Positions 15,873-25,372 of a stretch of DNA of 64,000 bases are shown one piece after another. Within the stretch, counting starts at the first letter, position 1. Every line of letters starts with the position of its first letter. The DNA comes from a virus, in IMG/VR virus record IMGVR_UViG_3300042387_001967; one strand, written 5' to 3'. A program made the position numbers and the translations under genes. Under the pieces are notes generated by a model. That model did no database searches, was not told the DNA's origin, and was given only the letters and a program-made list of their open reading frames with translations.

Positions 15873-18800
15873 CTTACACCATACGCAGTCTTGACGTCAA
15901 CAGGCTTCTGTAGGTGCCCCAAACCCGCGAGCATAAGCAGATTGGGGTGCTGCTCTAAAAACTTCAACTTGCTGGAAGGTGCGTGAAACTCTCGATCATC
16001 CAACGTCCGCTGATCCTCATCGTTCGGTCGTGTAGACCACCGGTAGTTGAACTCGTTCTCGATAGAGTAGCGCAGCGTTCTAGCTCCGCGCTCATCGTTG
16101 TAGTCCCAGGTGTTCAACTCAGACATGCAGAGCGTGTGTAACCGCGCGACGAGGAATCGCTCCTCTAGCGGAGCCAGCGTCACGACGGAGTCATATAAAC
16201 AGATCATCGGACGCGCTTTCATTCCCAGTCTACGATACGCCATCAGCAACCAGTTACACGCTCGCGCTGAGGTGCTTGCAACTGATTCCTGCATGGCGTA
16301 ATTCTTCATCTCGCGACCCAGGGCGCTGTCGATCGAGTTGCGCGTGCGCCAGCTCACGCCGCTACCGGCCGAGTGCGTCAGGCAGTGACGAATGCGTCCG
16401 GACGCTGCGCGATACATACCACGCTCCTTCGGCGTCCTGGCCATCTCCTCCAGGAACTCTGTCGCGCGCGGTTGACGTTCGCGTATAGCTTCCAGCCCAC
16501 GCTCGCCGGTACCCTCCTCCGGCTTGACGCCGGTGACAGCTTCGATCTGTCGCTCTAGCGAATTTTCAGAGGCGCCATAGGCGCTAGAAAAGTTGAGTAC
16601 CTTCCCGGCCGCTCTATCCTTCTTGGCCTTCATCATCTCGCGATACTTACCGTATGTGCTCTCCACCAGCGACCAGTGAATGTCGTAGCGAGTGTGTACC
16701 ACGGCGCCGGACTCGTCCCGCAGCAAATCGCTCTCCTCGACCTTACCAAGACACACACCATCCGCCCATACGTGCATCAGGAATTTCGGGTTTTGCGCAT
16801 TCTCCGGGATGCCAGATGTCTTCGCGTCAGTGAACGCCACCCTCACCACGGTCGCGCCATACATCTTACTCTTCAGTCTCGCCCACTCGGGGTCCGGATC
16901 AAACAGAATGCGCATCAGATCCTTGTCCCCGGAGATCATCGCCAGCGCGACCATCTCAGCCGTGACGTAATCGCTCTCGACCAGCACGTAGCCTTCCGGA
17001 GCCTGCACGCACGACCGTATCGACGGCAAGTCGTCTGCGTCCCTGTCGACCCATCGCAGCAGATTCTCCGGCAGGTCGCCTTCCTCGTGGGCTTCCTTCA
17101 CGCAGCGCGCCACAGACGCCGAGATGCGCCTGTTCACGAAGCTCGGCCAGTTGAGCACGTTTGGGAAGAACGTCCGCGGCCGGCCCGTCTCCGTCGATGA
17201 CGTCTGCGGGTGGATGCGGCCGTCGCTCTGCAGCCACAGGTGCAAGCCGTTCTCCTCGATGACTTCCTCGCCGGTGTCCTCGTCGATCTCGATCGTCGGC
17301 TCCTTCAGGAACGCCTTCGACAAGTTGCCGACGGCGTTCAGGTTCAGAAGCTCGTCGATGGCGGGCAGCTGCTCCGAGAGAATCGCGAGCGTCTGCTTGT
17401 CCACCGCGGGCTTGTAAAGCGACTGGCGGTCCTCAGGCAGCTCCAGCACTTTCTCCCACGCCATGGACGGCAGGCCCTTGGCCTTCTGGTTGGTGGACTT
17501 GATCGGGACGAGCTCCTCGAAGTCGAACAACCAGCGCACCATCTGGTCAGGAGACCGGATGTTGAACGCCGGGGAATCCTCCCAATGGGCGATCCACTTG
17601 TTCCACTTCGGCACCTCCGCGAGCTTGCCGGCGTCGAGCAGCATCTGCTTCACCTGCGTGCGCAGCAGCTCGCCGTCATGCGCCACGATCGCCGGCAGGC
17701 ACAGCTTAGTCGCCGCGACACCGAACGCCTTGATGAGCTTCGACCTGAGCTTCGACTCCGCCTCCGCAGCCACCCGTCGCTTGAACGTCTTGTCCAGACG
17801 CAGCTTCGCGAAGGTGAACAGGTGACGCAGGTCGTCCATCATCGAGATGTCCATCGGCAGCCCGGTCATGCAGAACTCGACGAACACGTCCGATGAGAAC
17901 GGACCGAACATGTCGCGGTAGTAGGCCCACAGCCGCTGCGCCTCCAGCTGCCGCTTGATCAGCGGGTAGGCACGATACGGCGTGATGACGTCAGCCGCAG
18001 CGTAGGGATGCAGGATGGCGCTCGGGATGAAGCCGTAGCCGCCCTTGCAGAGATCCTTATTCTCGCGCTTCCACATGACGAGCTCTTGGTCGTATCGACC
18101 CAGGCTCGTGTATTGCATTGCGATGCGCTCCAACCCGAGGTCCGAGCTTTCGTCGGAAACCTGCTGCGCAAACTCCGTGTCCATTTCCAGCTTCCCGTAG
18201 GTCTCCATCCCGAGCCAGTGCTGCATCCACGGGGCGTCCGCCGGGAAGTGGTGGCCGATGTAGCGGACGCCGAGGCGTGCGAAGGTGCTCGCGATCGGTC
18301 TGCCGATGGTTGCGTAGCGGAACCTGTCGACGACTTCCGGACACGTCTTCTCCTTTTGCAGCGCCGCCAGCCGGTTGGCCTCGACTATGAAGTGCACGTA
18401 GGCTTCCCTGCTTTCTGCTGGGTTCGGTGTTGGCATCTCGAAACTCCACTCACCCTTCTCGTCCCGAAACTCGATCACCACGGCGTCAGTCTCCGACCAC
18501 GCGAACTGAATCGTCCGAAACTTTCCGTCGATGTGCGTCCTGCCGTGCCACTCGCCGTCCACCGACACGAGCGGGTTGCCGTGCTCGTCCTTGAGTCCCG
18601 GCCAGCGGTCCTCCTCGACAAGCGTCTCCAGGTGGCTAAGCCAGTCCTCCAGTTCGTCCATGTTGCGAATCACCTGATGCGTGAAGGTCTGGCCGACGAT
18701 GTTACCGCCGTTGTCCAGGATCTCCTTGCGCCGGGCCGCCTCCTTGAAGTCGATGCGGAACATCTCGTAATACTCCGGCTTGCCGACCAGAAGCGACGGC

Positions 18801-19366
18801 GCATACATCACGTAGAGGTGCGCCTGGTGATCCTCTGACCAGAACCAGCAGCCGTGGGCGTCATCGAAGCTGATCTTCTGCGGGCTGAGCATGTCGAACA
18901 CGTGCTTGCCCAGGCAGACGATGATCTTCGGTTTCACGCGGGCGATCTCGTCCTCGAGGATCGGCATCCCCCACTTCATGATCTTCTTCGCCGGCTTCGA
19001 CCGCTGCGCGCGCGGCAGCAGCCACTTGCAGCACGCGGTGTAGTAGCACCGCTCCATGTCGATTCCGGCCCGCAGCGCCACGTCCTTGATGATGCCCGTG
19101 GACCCTTTCAGATACTCGGCCGGCTGCGGGATTCGCATGCCGAACACCGAGGTGGCCGCAGTCGCCGCCTCGTCCTCCTCAAGGGAGGACGTGACGAACA
19201 TGATGTCGTATTCCTCCTGCTTGTCCACCAGGGCCCGGCCTGCGACGTAGAGCACGCCGTCGATGTGTCGGGTCTTGGTCAGCGTCCTGGGGCACTTCGC
19301 AGCCTCGTCGTAGGGAGGTTGCAGCTCCTCCAGTGTCCGCCCGCGGCGGGATGGTGTTTCGCTCAT
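15869..19366 (-). CDS. polA: Family A DNA polymerase with N-terminal UDG-family-4-like domain and 3'-5' exonuclease
   Basis: UDG-like YYTACCKW...EIARVKPKIIVCLG; exonuclease VSVDGEW; polymerase PNVLNWP, motif A ESDYVTAEM, motif B RAAGKVLNFSSAYG, motif C LYDSVV. Confidence 0.9.
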   Translation of the reverse strand: MSETPSRRGRTLEELQPPYDEAAKCPRTLTKTRHIDGVLYVAGRALVDKQEEYDIMFVTSSLEEDEAATAATSVFGMRIPQPAEYLKGSTGIIKDVALRAGIDMERCYYTACCKWLLPRAQRSKPAKKIMKWGMPILEDEIARVKPKIIVCLGKHVFDMLSPQKISFDDAHGCWFWSEDHQAHLYVMYAPSLLVGKPEYYEMFRIDFKEAARRKEILDNGGNIVGQTFTHQVIRNMDELEDWLSHLETLVEEDRWPGLKDEHGNPLVSVDGEWHGRTHIDGKFRTIQFAWSETDAVVIEFRDEKGEWSFEMPTPNPAESREAYVHFIVEANRLAALQKEKTCPEVVDRFRYATIGRPIASTFARLGVRYIGHHFPADAPWMQHWLGMETYGKLEMDTEFAQQVSDESSDLGLERIAMQYTSLGRYDQELVMWKRENKDLCKGGYGFIPSAILHPYAAADVITPYRAYPLIKRQLEAQRLWAYYRDMFGPFSSDVFVEFCMTGLPMDISMMDDLRHLFTFAKLRLDKTFKRRVAAEAESKLRSKLIKAFGVAATKLCLPAIVAHDGELLRTQVKQMLLDAGKLAEVPKWNKWIAHWEDSPAFNIRSPDQMVRWLFDFEELVPIKSTNQKAKGLPSMAWEKVLELPEDRQSLYKPAVDKQTLAILSEQLPAIDELLNLNAVGNLSKAFLKEPTIEIDEDTGEEVIEENGLHLWLQSDGRIHPQTSSTETGRPRTFFPNVLNWPSFVNRRISASVARCVKEAHEEGDLPENLLRWVDRDADDLPSIRSCVQAPEGYVLVESDYVTAEMVALAMISGDKDLMRILFDPDPEWARLKSKMYGATVVRVAFTDAKTSGIPENAQNPKFLMHVWADGVCLGKVEESDLLRDESGAVVHTRYDIHWSLVESTYGKYREMMKAKKDRAAGKVLNFSSAYGASENSLERQIEAVTGVKPEEGTGERGLEAIRERQPRATEFLEEMARTPKERGMYRAASGRIRHCLTHSAGSGVSWRTRNSIDSALGREMKNYAMQESVASTSARACNWLLMAYRRLGMKARPMICLYDSVVTLAPLEERFLVARLHTLCMSELNTWDYNDERGARTLRYSIENEFNYRWSTRPNDEDQRTLDDREFHAPSSKLKFLEQHPNLLMLAGLGHLQKPVDVKTAYGVS

Positions 19367-19375
19367 GGTTTCGGT

Positions 19376-19570
19376 TCAGTATGTTGGCGGTCCGGCTTCG
19401 AGCCGCAGCAGCCGCCGGTGGATGTCGATCAGCTTCTCCTCGGTGGTCTTCGCCATCCACGCAGCCAGCGCTTCGCGCTGTTCGCGCGCGCGGCAGTTGT
19501 TGCACTTGTTGTTGGTGAACGTCGTGTATTCCGCGCAGACGTCACAGTGTTGTCGTATCACGTAGGCCAT
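19376..19570 (-). CDS. Small Zn-ribbon protein
   Basis: CDVC...CNNC, 64 aa. Confidence 0.55.
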   Translation of the reverse strand: MAYVIRQHCDVCAEYTTFTNNKCNNCRAREQREALAAWMAKTTEEKLIDIHRRLLRLEAGPPTY

Positions 19571-19573
19571 GAC

Positions 19574-20062
19574 TCAACCCTCCTGCATTCCGGTTGCGGG
19601 CAATTCGGCGATCATCGGCATCCGGCCCAGCGCCTCGCAGGCATCCACGTATGCGTGCGCCAAGTCCAGCCAGTCCTCGTCGGCGGCGCAACCCTGCACC
19701 TGCCCGTCGCGGTCTTCGATGACGCCGCCGCTGTTCTCGATCGTCCGCACCAATTTCATCAGCGCGGCCTCATAAGCGAACTCCTCCTCGCTCGACAGCC
19801 GGTAGTCAAGATTCCACTCGTCGTGGATGCACTCTCCGTCCTCCCCGCCGAGATGCACGCTGGCATACACCAGCCGCTCGCTCATCTCGCCGGCGACGCG
19901 GAAGAGCTCACTCAGGACGTGCTTCGCCTGCTGCTTGGCCTCCGGCAAATTGTTCGCGCGCCGGTCCGCCGACCATCCGGTAATGTGCCACGTCTTGCCT
20001 CTGCATTTCTCGACGGCCATCCGGTCGTAGCCGAGGATTGTGTATTTGGAGTCTGAGTTCAT
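19574..20062 (-). CDS. Hypothetical protein
   Basis: 162 aa; its first 14 codons are duplicated at 20374-20415. Confidence 0.55.
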   Translation of the reverse strand: MNSDSKYTILGYDRMAVEKCRGKTWHITGWSADRRANNLPEAKQQAKHVLSELFRVAGEMSERLVYASVHLGGEDGECIHDEWNLDYRLSSEEEFAYEAALMKLVRTIENSGGVIEDRDGQVQGCAADEDWLDLAHAYVDACEALGRMPMIAELPATGMQEG

Positions 20063-20415
20063 ACGATTTCGCGTGGCGTCGGGACTCTTCGGCGGATGAT
20101 CCGGAATGATGACATCGCCGAGTCGGCACCGCAGGCGACGTAAATCGGATCTTTGACACCCAACAATTCTGCGGCGGTGTGCAGCAGCGCGACGATCTTC
20201 CCTTCGTCGATGTCATCCGGCAGGTGCATGTCGATTTGCGCAACTTTCACGAACTCGCGGTCGTTGCTGATGATGATAAGCTGACTGCCTTTGTTGGCGG
20301 CTTCTTGTATGCTATTGAGGTTCATATGGTTTCAGTCGTTGTTATTCGTAGGGGATTCCTAACTCATCGAGCTCCGGTCGTAGCCGAGGATTGTGTATTT
20401 GTAGTCTGAGTTCAT
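20021..20415. repeat. 42-bp direct repeat (41/42 identical) at 20021-20062 and 20374-20415
   Basis: ccggtcgtagccgaggattgtgtatttg(g/t)agtctgagttcat occurs twice. Confidence 0.9.
20059..20325 (-). CDS. Hypothetical protein between the 42-bp repeats
   Basis: 88 aa; ATGA overlap with 19574-20062. Confidence 0.55.
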   Translation of the reverse strand: MNLNSIQEAANKGSQLIIISNDREFVKVAQIDMHLPDDIDEGKIVALLHTAAELLGVKDPIYVACGADSAMSSFRIIRRRVPTPREIV

Positions 20416-20419
20416 GTGA

Positions 20420-20680
20420 TTATTGGCCGGAGACAGCCGGCGCGCTGAAGACTTCGATCGTCAGCGAAGCAGCGTGCTTGTGCACGTGCGCCGCTGCTTT
20501 GCGTCCGCCGACCGCCAAGGCCAGCGCACGTATAGAGTTACCCAGCGCAGAAGGGTCTACGCTCGATGCATTGTTAATTAGAATATCCGCGAGCTTGGTC
20601 CGCCCGCGCATATCCATCTTGTCGATTCGCAGTCCTTCGTTTGCCGCTCTTTCGACAGCGGCGTGTATAGATGTGCTCAT
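20420..20680 (-). CDS. Hypothetical protein
   Basis: 86-aa ORF in a minus-strand run. Confidence 0.5.
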   Translation of the reverse strand: MSTSIHAAVERAANEGLRIDKMDMRGRTKLADILINNASSVDPSALGNSIRALALAVGGRKAAAHVHKHAASLTIEVFSAPAVSGQ

Positions 20681-20723
20681 AGTGTGTTTGTTGTTATTCG
20701 ATCAGTTTGTTATCGATCATGCG

Positions 20724-22445
20724 TCACGGTACGATGTTCGGCGGTTCGGCGTCAGCATTGCCCTCGCGGATGCTGCGGTAATACCGCATGACGTGCGGGT
20801 CCACCTTCGCCACGAAGTCGTCCTCGGCGAGTATCAAGCCCTCCGGCGACCGCAAGCGGGACAGTCCTACGTAGACGTGCCCGGATGCAAACGCGCGGGA
20901 AAGCGCCAGGATCGCGCTGTCCATCGAAAGGCCTTGCGATTTGTGGATTGTGATCGAGGTAGCCGGGATGAGCGGGAACTGCCGCACCGTCGGATACAGG
21001 CTAATCTCCGGCGGCAGCTTCGGGTTGTCGATGTTCATGCGCCATGAAGGCGGAACGACGATTAGTTCCCTCGGGTCCTGCTCGCGTGTTCGCGTGTAGT
21101 TGTGACGATATAATGCCACAAGCCGTTCCTCGTCCTCCGGCTTGCGCCCTGGGACACCGATGACGATGTTGTCCTCGTCGTAGCTCTCACTGTCGCGCGG
21201 CAAAATGTTGATCTCGCGCACGAAGCCGCGCGTGCCGTTCACGAATCTGCCGTCGGGGTCGTTGACTGTGAACATCACAGGATACCCGATGCGCACGAAC
21301 GTCCGCTTGTCCAGCAGGCGTCGCTGCAACGCTTTAGTCAATTCATCCTTCACGCCTTCGACGTTCTTGGTCTCCCAGTCCTTCATCTGTTGCACCCCGG
21401 GCACGATGCAGAACTCTGCGTCGAGTGGTTGCGTGGGGGCCGGATAGTGTTCCAGCGCCTGCGCGTTGATCGCTTTCGCCTGTTTGTTGGTCGGCACCAG
21501 AAACGTGTAGAACCGCGTCTCCTCCAGCGTCATGTCCTTGCGCACAAACCTTCGCGCATACGCCCGGTCGTCCTGCGTCGTGATGCCCACGCGAATGTTA
21601 TTAAGGAACTCGACGAACCGATGATCGCCCTGCCGAAACACCTTCGTCAGCGCGATCGGTTTCACGCGTGCGTCGTCCCATGCGCGCGCCAGGAATGCCC
21701 AGTCGGGACGCTCATCGTTCATACCCTCCTCGACCGGAGGCAGCTGCGCGAAGTCGCCGATGAATACCATCTGCAGCCCGCCGAACGGCTGCTCGTTGCC
21801 GCGGATACGCTTCAGCATGAAGTCCAGGTAGCCGAGCATGGCAGCGCCGGAGAGCATGGAGACTTCGTCGAGCAGCAGCACCTCGTGAGCGCGCAGCCGC
21901 GCCAGCACGCCGTGGCGCATGAACGGCTTGATCTTCGGATCAGTCATCCAGCGCTCGTAGAACATCTCATACCACGCGTCCAACTCCTCCTTGCTCATGT
22001 CCGCCGCCCGCGGCACATCGGCGCCTGGCCGCACGTCCGCCAGGAACTCGCACATTTTCTTCGGGTAGCACGGCGGCCAGTCCGGCCCCAGGCCAATCCC
22101 GAAGAACGAGTGCATGGTCTTGCCGTCCAGATGGCTGCCGGCGATGCCGGTCGTAGCTGTGACTGACCAATGCATGTTGCGATAATCCAGCTCCGGCATC
22201 ACCACAGCCTTCACGAACGTCGTCTTGCCGACGCCAGCACCTCCGGTGATCAGAACGTGCCGGTGCTCGGTGAAGATGGACACGAGAGCATCCAGATGTT
22301 CTTCCGTGCCCTCGAACCCCGGAGTGTTCTTCTCGTAGTATTTCAACCGGGCTGCGAGTTCGGCGCGCTCGATGCGTTTGCGACGATTCGGCGCCTCGGC
22401 GAACGGGTCTTCCGCCGTCTGTTTCAGGAATAGGCTCAGGTCCAT
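20724..22445 (-). CDS. Pif1/RecD/Dda-like SF1B helicase
   Basis: ITGGAGVGKT, TATTGIAG, LLLDEVSM, FGGLQMVFIGDFAQLPPV, LTKVFRQ, FVNGTRG, QFPLIPATSITIHKSQGLS, YVGLSR. Confidence 0.9.
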   Translation of the reverse strand: MDLSLFLKQTAEDPFAEAPNRRKRIERAELAARLKYYEKNTPGFEGTEEHLDALVSIFTEHRHVLITGGAGVGKTTFVKAVVMPELDYRNMHWSVTATTGIAGSHLDGKTMHSFFGIGLGPDWPPCYPKKMCEFLADVRPGADVPRAADMSKEELDAWYEMFYERWMTDPKIKPFMRHGVLARLRAHEVLLLDEVSMLSGAAMLGYLDFMLKRIRGNEQPFGGLQMVFIGDFAQLPPVEEGMNDERPDWAFLARAWDDARVKPIALTKVFRQGDHRFVEFLNNIRVGITTQDDRAYARRFVRKDMTLEETRFYTFLVPTNKQAKAINAQALEHYPAPTQPLDAEFCIVPGVQQMKDWETKNVEGVKDELTKALQRRLLDKRTFVRIGYPVMFTVNDPDGRFVNGTRGFVREINILPRDSESYDEDNIVIGVPGRKPEDEERLVALYRHNYTRTREQDPRELIVVPPSWRMNIDNPKLPPEISLYPTVRQFPLIPATSITIHKSQGLSMDSAILALSRAFASGHVYVGLSRLRSPEGLILAEDDFVAKVDPHVMRYYRSIREGNADAEPPNIVP

Positions 22446-23108
22446 TTACTCGCCCTCCTTTTTGTCGGCGCGCGCCTGCGCTGCGGCGTCGGAATACGTC
22501 CCATCCTTGTAGCGGGCGTTCGGTCCTCGCTCAAGCTTCACGATGTTGAGTTCGCGCAAGCGGTCTTCGTCGATTTCCAGCAGCCCCGCCATCTCACGCA
22601 CGACCCAGCAATCCTGCAGCAGCAGATCCCTGAGTTTGTCCCGGTCCAAATCTTTGCGATAGAACACGTGCTTCTTGATGACGTCCAGGATGTGGCCCGC
22701 CAATACGGAGTGCATGCTGATGAGGTTGCAGAGAGCGTCATCCGGATACGGGCACGAAGGCGGACCCCACGGCATCGCCCACGACGCCGGCATTGACAAC
22801 TCGGCATCGCCTAGCTGCACAAAACCCGCGGCGATTCGCAACGCGCCCTCGTAGAACAGATGGTCGCCCAGCTCCTCGATAATGTTTTCGGCATCCAACT
22901 TCGGATGCAAGATCGACGACAACTTGAAGCCGGACATTCTGACTCCGATCGCCGCTTTTTCAAGTTCCGCCGCTTCGGTGGCGATGCCTACGGCGGCGTG
23001 CAGCATCGAGAGTGCGTCTGCGGTGATCCCCGTGATGATCTGATCGCCGCCCTTGAAGAGGCGCGCGATCAGGTCGAGGTGTGCGGGTGGAATAGTGAGT
23101 GGGTTCAT
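22446..23108 (-). CDS. MazG-like NTP pyrophosphohydrolase with internal duplication
   Basis: HAAVGIATEAAEL...EELGDHLFY, then ILDVIKKHVFYRKDLD...NIVKL...YSDAAAQARADK. Confidence 0.7.
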   Translation of the reverse strand: MNPLTIPPAHLDLIARLFKGGDQIITGITADALSMLHAAVGIATEAAELEKAAIGVRMSGFKLSSILHPKLDAENIIEELGDHLFYEGALRIAAGFVQLGDAELSMPASWAMPWGPPSCPYPDDALCNLISMHSVLAGHILDVIKKHVFYRKDLDRDKLRDLLLQDCWVVREMAGLLEIDEDRLRELNIVKLERGPNARYKDGTYSDAAAQARADKKEGE

Positions 23109-23893
23109 CGTTTGAGTGTAGTGGATTTGTTCTTGTTGTAGGAGAACTGGACGTTCTCCCGCTTGAGCCGTTTGATCGCGTCCGAGCCTGTCGAGCCAGC
23201 TTTCTGCGCGCCGTGAAGAAGTAACGCGAAGTCATGTCCGTCGTCCGCCCTCGCGTGACTGTCGTCGTGGTCAATCTCCAGCCCGAGCCGCTCGGCCTCA
23301 TCCGGGTGGAAGACTATCCGGGCGCTGCGCAGCTTGTTCGGTTCGATCAGGCTGTCCCACTTTCCTCCCCATGAAGCAGTCAGCACGAAGTTCTTCGGTA
23401 CCTTCTTGCGGTGGGCGATCCAGATCGGAAGGCTTTTGGTGTAGGCATAGAACCACCGGTTCGGGTTGCTGCGCGCCGCCGCCATCCAGGCCAGAAAATA
23501 ATCCTGGTGGTAGAAATCCCCGTCCACGTGCACCCGCACGTTGTGCAGCCATGCCGCGGGCAGGGACAGGTCGATGATGTTCGTCATCCGTTCCGTGGTG
23601 CGCGCCTCCTGTAGGATGGCCAGATTGCGATCCACAGACGCGCGCAGCGTCGGTGTGTAAGCCTCCATCGAGGCGGCGAAGCAGCGATGCTCTGACTTCG
23701 GTCCGTCGACGAGTCGTTTTTCCTTGCGGTCGAACCACGCCAGACACTTCTCGGCGCCTGGGCATGTGTAGCCGGCCGGCAGTGAGAAGGTGGCAGTGCC
23801 TTCGATTTTTGCGTTGCCGATACCGAAGAAGAGCGTGCGACGCTCTTCAGGATACGGAGGCTTGAGTTTATTGAATGGTGAGTAGGTAGACAT
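23105..23893 (-). CDS. Phage gp88-like protein
   Basis: FSLPAGYTCPGA...CFAAS, VRVHVDGDFY, FYAYTKS, LTAS. Confidence 0.7.
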   Translation of the reverse strand: MSTYSPFNKLKPPYPEERRTLFFGIGNAKIEGTATFSLPAGYTCPGAEKCLAWFDRKEKRLVDGPKSEHRCFAASMEAYTPTLRASVDRNLAILQEARTTERMTNIIDLSLPAAWLHNVRVHVDGDFYHQDYFLAWMAAARSNPNRWFYAYTKSLPIWIAHRKKVPKNFVLTASWGGKWDSLIEPNKLRSARIVFHPDEAERLGLEIDHDDSHARADDGHDFALLLHGAQKAGSTGSDAIKRLKRENVQFSYNKNKSTTLKR

Positions 23894-25362
23894 TAAAGGC
23901 TGCGTTTTAAGCGCTTGAGCGCTCGGTTAAAGATCCTCTGGTATTCTTCTGGCGTCAGGTCGCCCAGGTCCTTCCCTGCTGGGAGTTCCAGTTTGGCGAG
24001 CGCCAGCATGATCTGCTCCTTGTGCTGCGTGGACCGCAACAGCTTGGCAATCTTCTCCGTCGCCTCGCGGCCAGCGACGTCGTCGTCGAACGCCAAGAAC
24101 ACCAGGTGAAAGTGTCTTACCACCTTTGCGGCGTTCTCCAGGCTGATGGACGAGCCGGTGACGGGGAGGACACCGGGGCCTCCGCGCCCGCCGTCCAGTG
24201 GTCCTTCGGTGAGCACCGCCCACTTGAGATCGTCCGGATCGCTCTTCGCGCGCGCGATCGCCGCGTCCCACCCCATCAGCTGCCGCTGTGAGTATTTCGC
24301 GGTGCGATACTTCGACGGTCGGAACTTGAGCGTGCCGTCCTTGATTTCGTCGTATGGCGGCATCGGCTGCCACGCCGCGCTGGGGTTCGCGCGAGTGTGC
24401 GTGTGGCTCCAGACGCACAGCCAGTAGCCGCCGCGCTGCTCGTCTCGCACCATCCGCATCTGGTCTCCCGGCCCGCCCGACTTGAACGATGCCCTGTGCG
24501 ATCTGGCGATCGTCGATAAGTCGAACCCGCGGTAGAAGCCGCCGCCGTATGGATGCAGCATGTAGCGGTTGAGGCCATCCTCGGACTCCCGCTCGATGAC
24601 ACGCGCCTGCCAGCCCAAGGGTATGCCGTCCACCGTCGCCTTGAAGATGATGCGGTGCTGCGGCGTGTCCTTCCAGCCGCCTGGCATCTTCCGGTAGAAT
24701 ATCTGCTTCTCGCCGTAGGGATATTCCTTCACGCAAAACCCAACGTCGAACTGCTGCACGAGCGCCTTGATGTCGTAGCGCCGGTTGACCAGATACCGGA
24801 CTGCCGGATGCTCAGCAGGCAGCGTGTCCAACCCCACCACCTCGCCGGGCGGCGGAGGGGCCAGTTCGCCGCTCTTCGGATCCTTCTCCCACATCTCCTT
24901 GATATCGTCCGCGACGGCCCCGCCGCGCATGTCTGCGCGCGTGGCGATGTCGGGGAATCGTTCGGAAACGGTTCCCATGTTCAGCAGGTCATCCAGCGGG
25001 ATCATGTGCGGTTGCCGCGATGACCGCGTGCGCATGCAGATGCCGGCGCCGTATTCCTGCTTCTTCCGCAGTTCCTCGCGTTCCTCGAACATCCTGGGGC
25101 GCCAGGCTTGCCCGGCGGTGGTGTCCCGGAAGTCGCCAAGGCCGGCGAGCACGCTCAGGTTGATCGCATATTTCGGATCGTCCAGCTCGCGCCGTCCGTG
25201 GTCCTCCAGGCACTTCGGACACGGGATGTAGAGGTGGTAGCCGCTGACTTCGCGCGCAAGTACCGTGGGGCACCCTTGCAACTCCGTGATCCTCTGCGCC
25301 CATTTTCGAACCTCCTCCGGCGCGTGCGCCGCGCTGTCGTTCGTGTGAATTTCGCTACTCAT
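23893..25362 (-). CDS. DnaG-like primase
   Basis: N-terminal CPKC Zn motif, GWQAR, TOPRIM VLTEGPLDG and FLAFDDDVAGREA. Confidence 0.8.
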   Translation of the reverse strand: MSSEIHTNDSAAHAPEEVRKWAQRITELQGCPTVLAREVSGYHLYIPCPKCLEDHGRRELDDPKYAINLSVLAGLGDFRDTTAGQAWRPRMFEEREELRKKQEYGAGICMRTRSSRQPHMIPLDDLLNMGTVSERFPDIATRADMRGGAVADDIKEMWEKDPKSGELAPPPPGEVVGLDTLPAEHPAVRYLVNRRYDIKALVQQFDVGFCVKEYPYGEKQIFYRKMPGGWKDTPQHRIIFKATVDGIPLGWQARVIERESEDGLNRYMLHPYGGGFYRGFDLSTIARSHRASFKSGGPGDQMRMVRDEQRGGYWLCVWSHTHTRANPSAAWQPMPPYDEIKDGTLKFRPSKYRTAKYSQRQLMGWDAAIARAKSDPDDLKWAVLTEGPLDGGRGGPGVLPVTGSSISLENAAKVVRHFHLVFLAFDDDVAGREATEKIAKLLRSTQHKEQIMLALAKLELPAGKDLGDLTPEEYQRIFNRALKRLKRSL

Positions 25363-25372
25363 GTTGTGGTTA

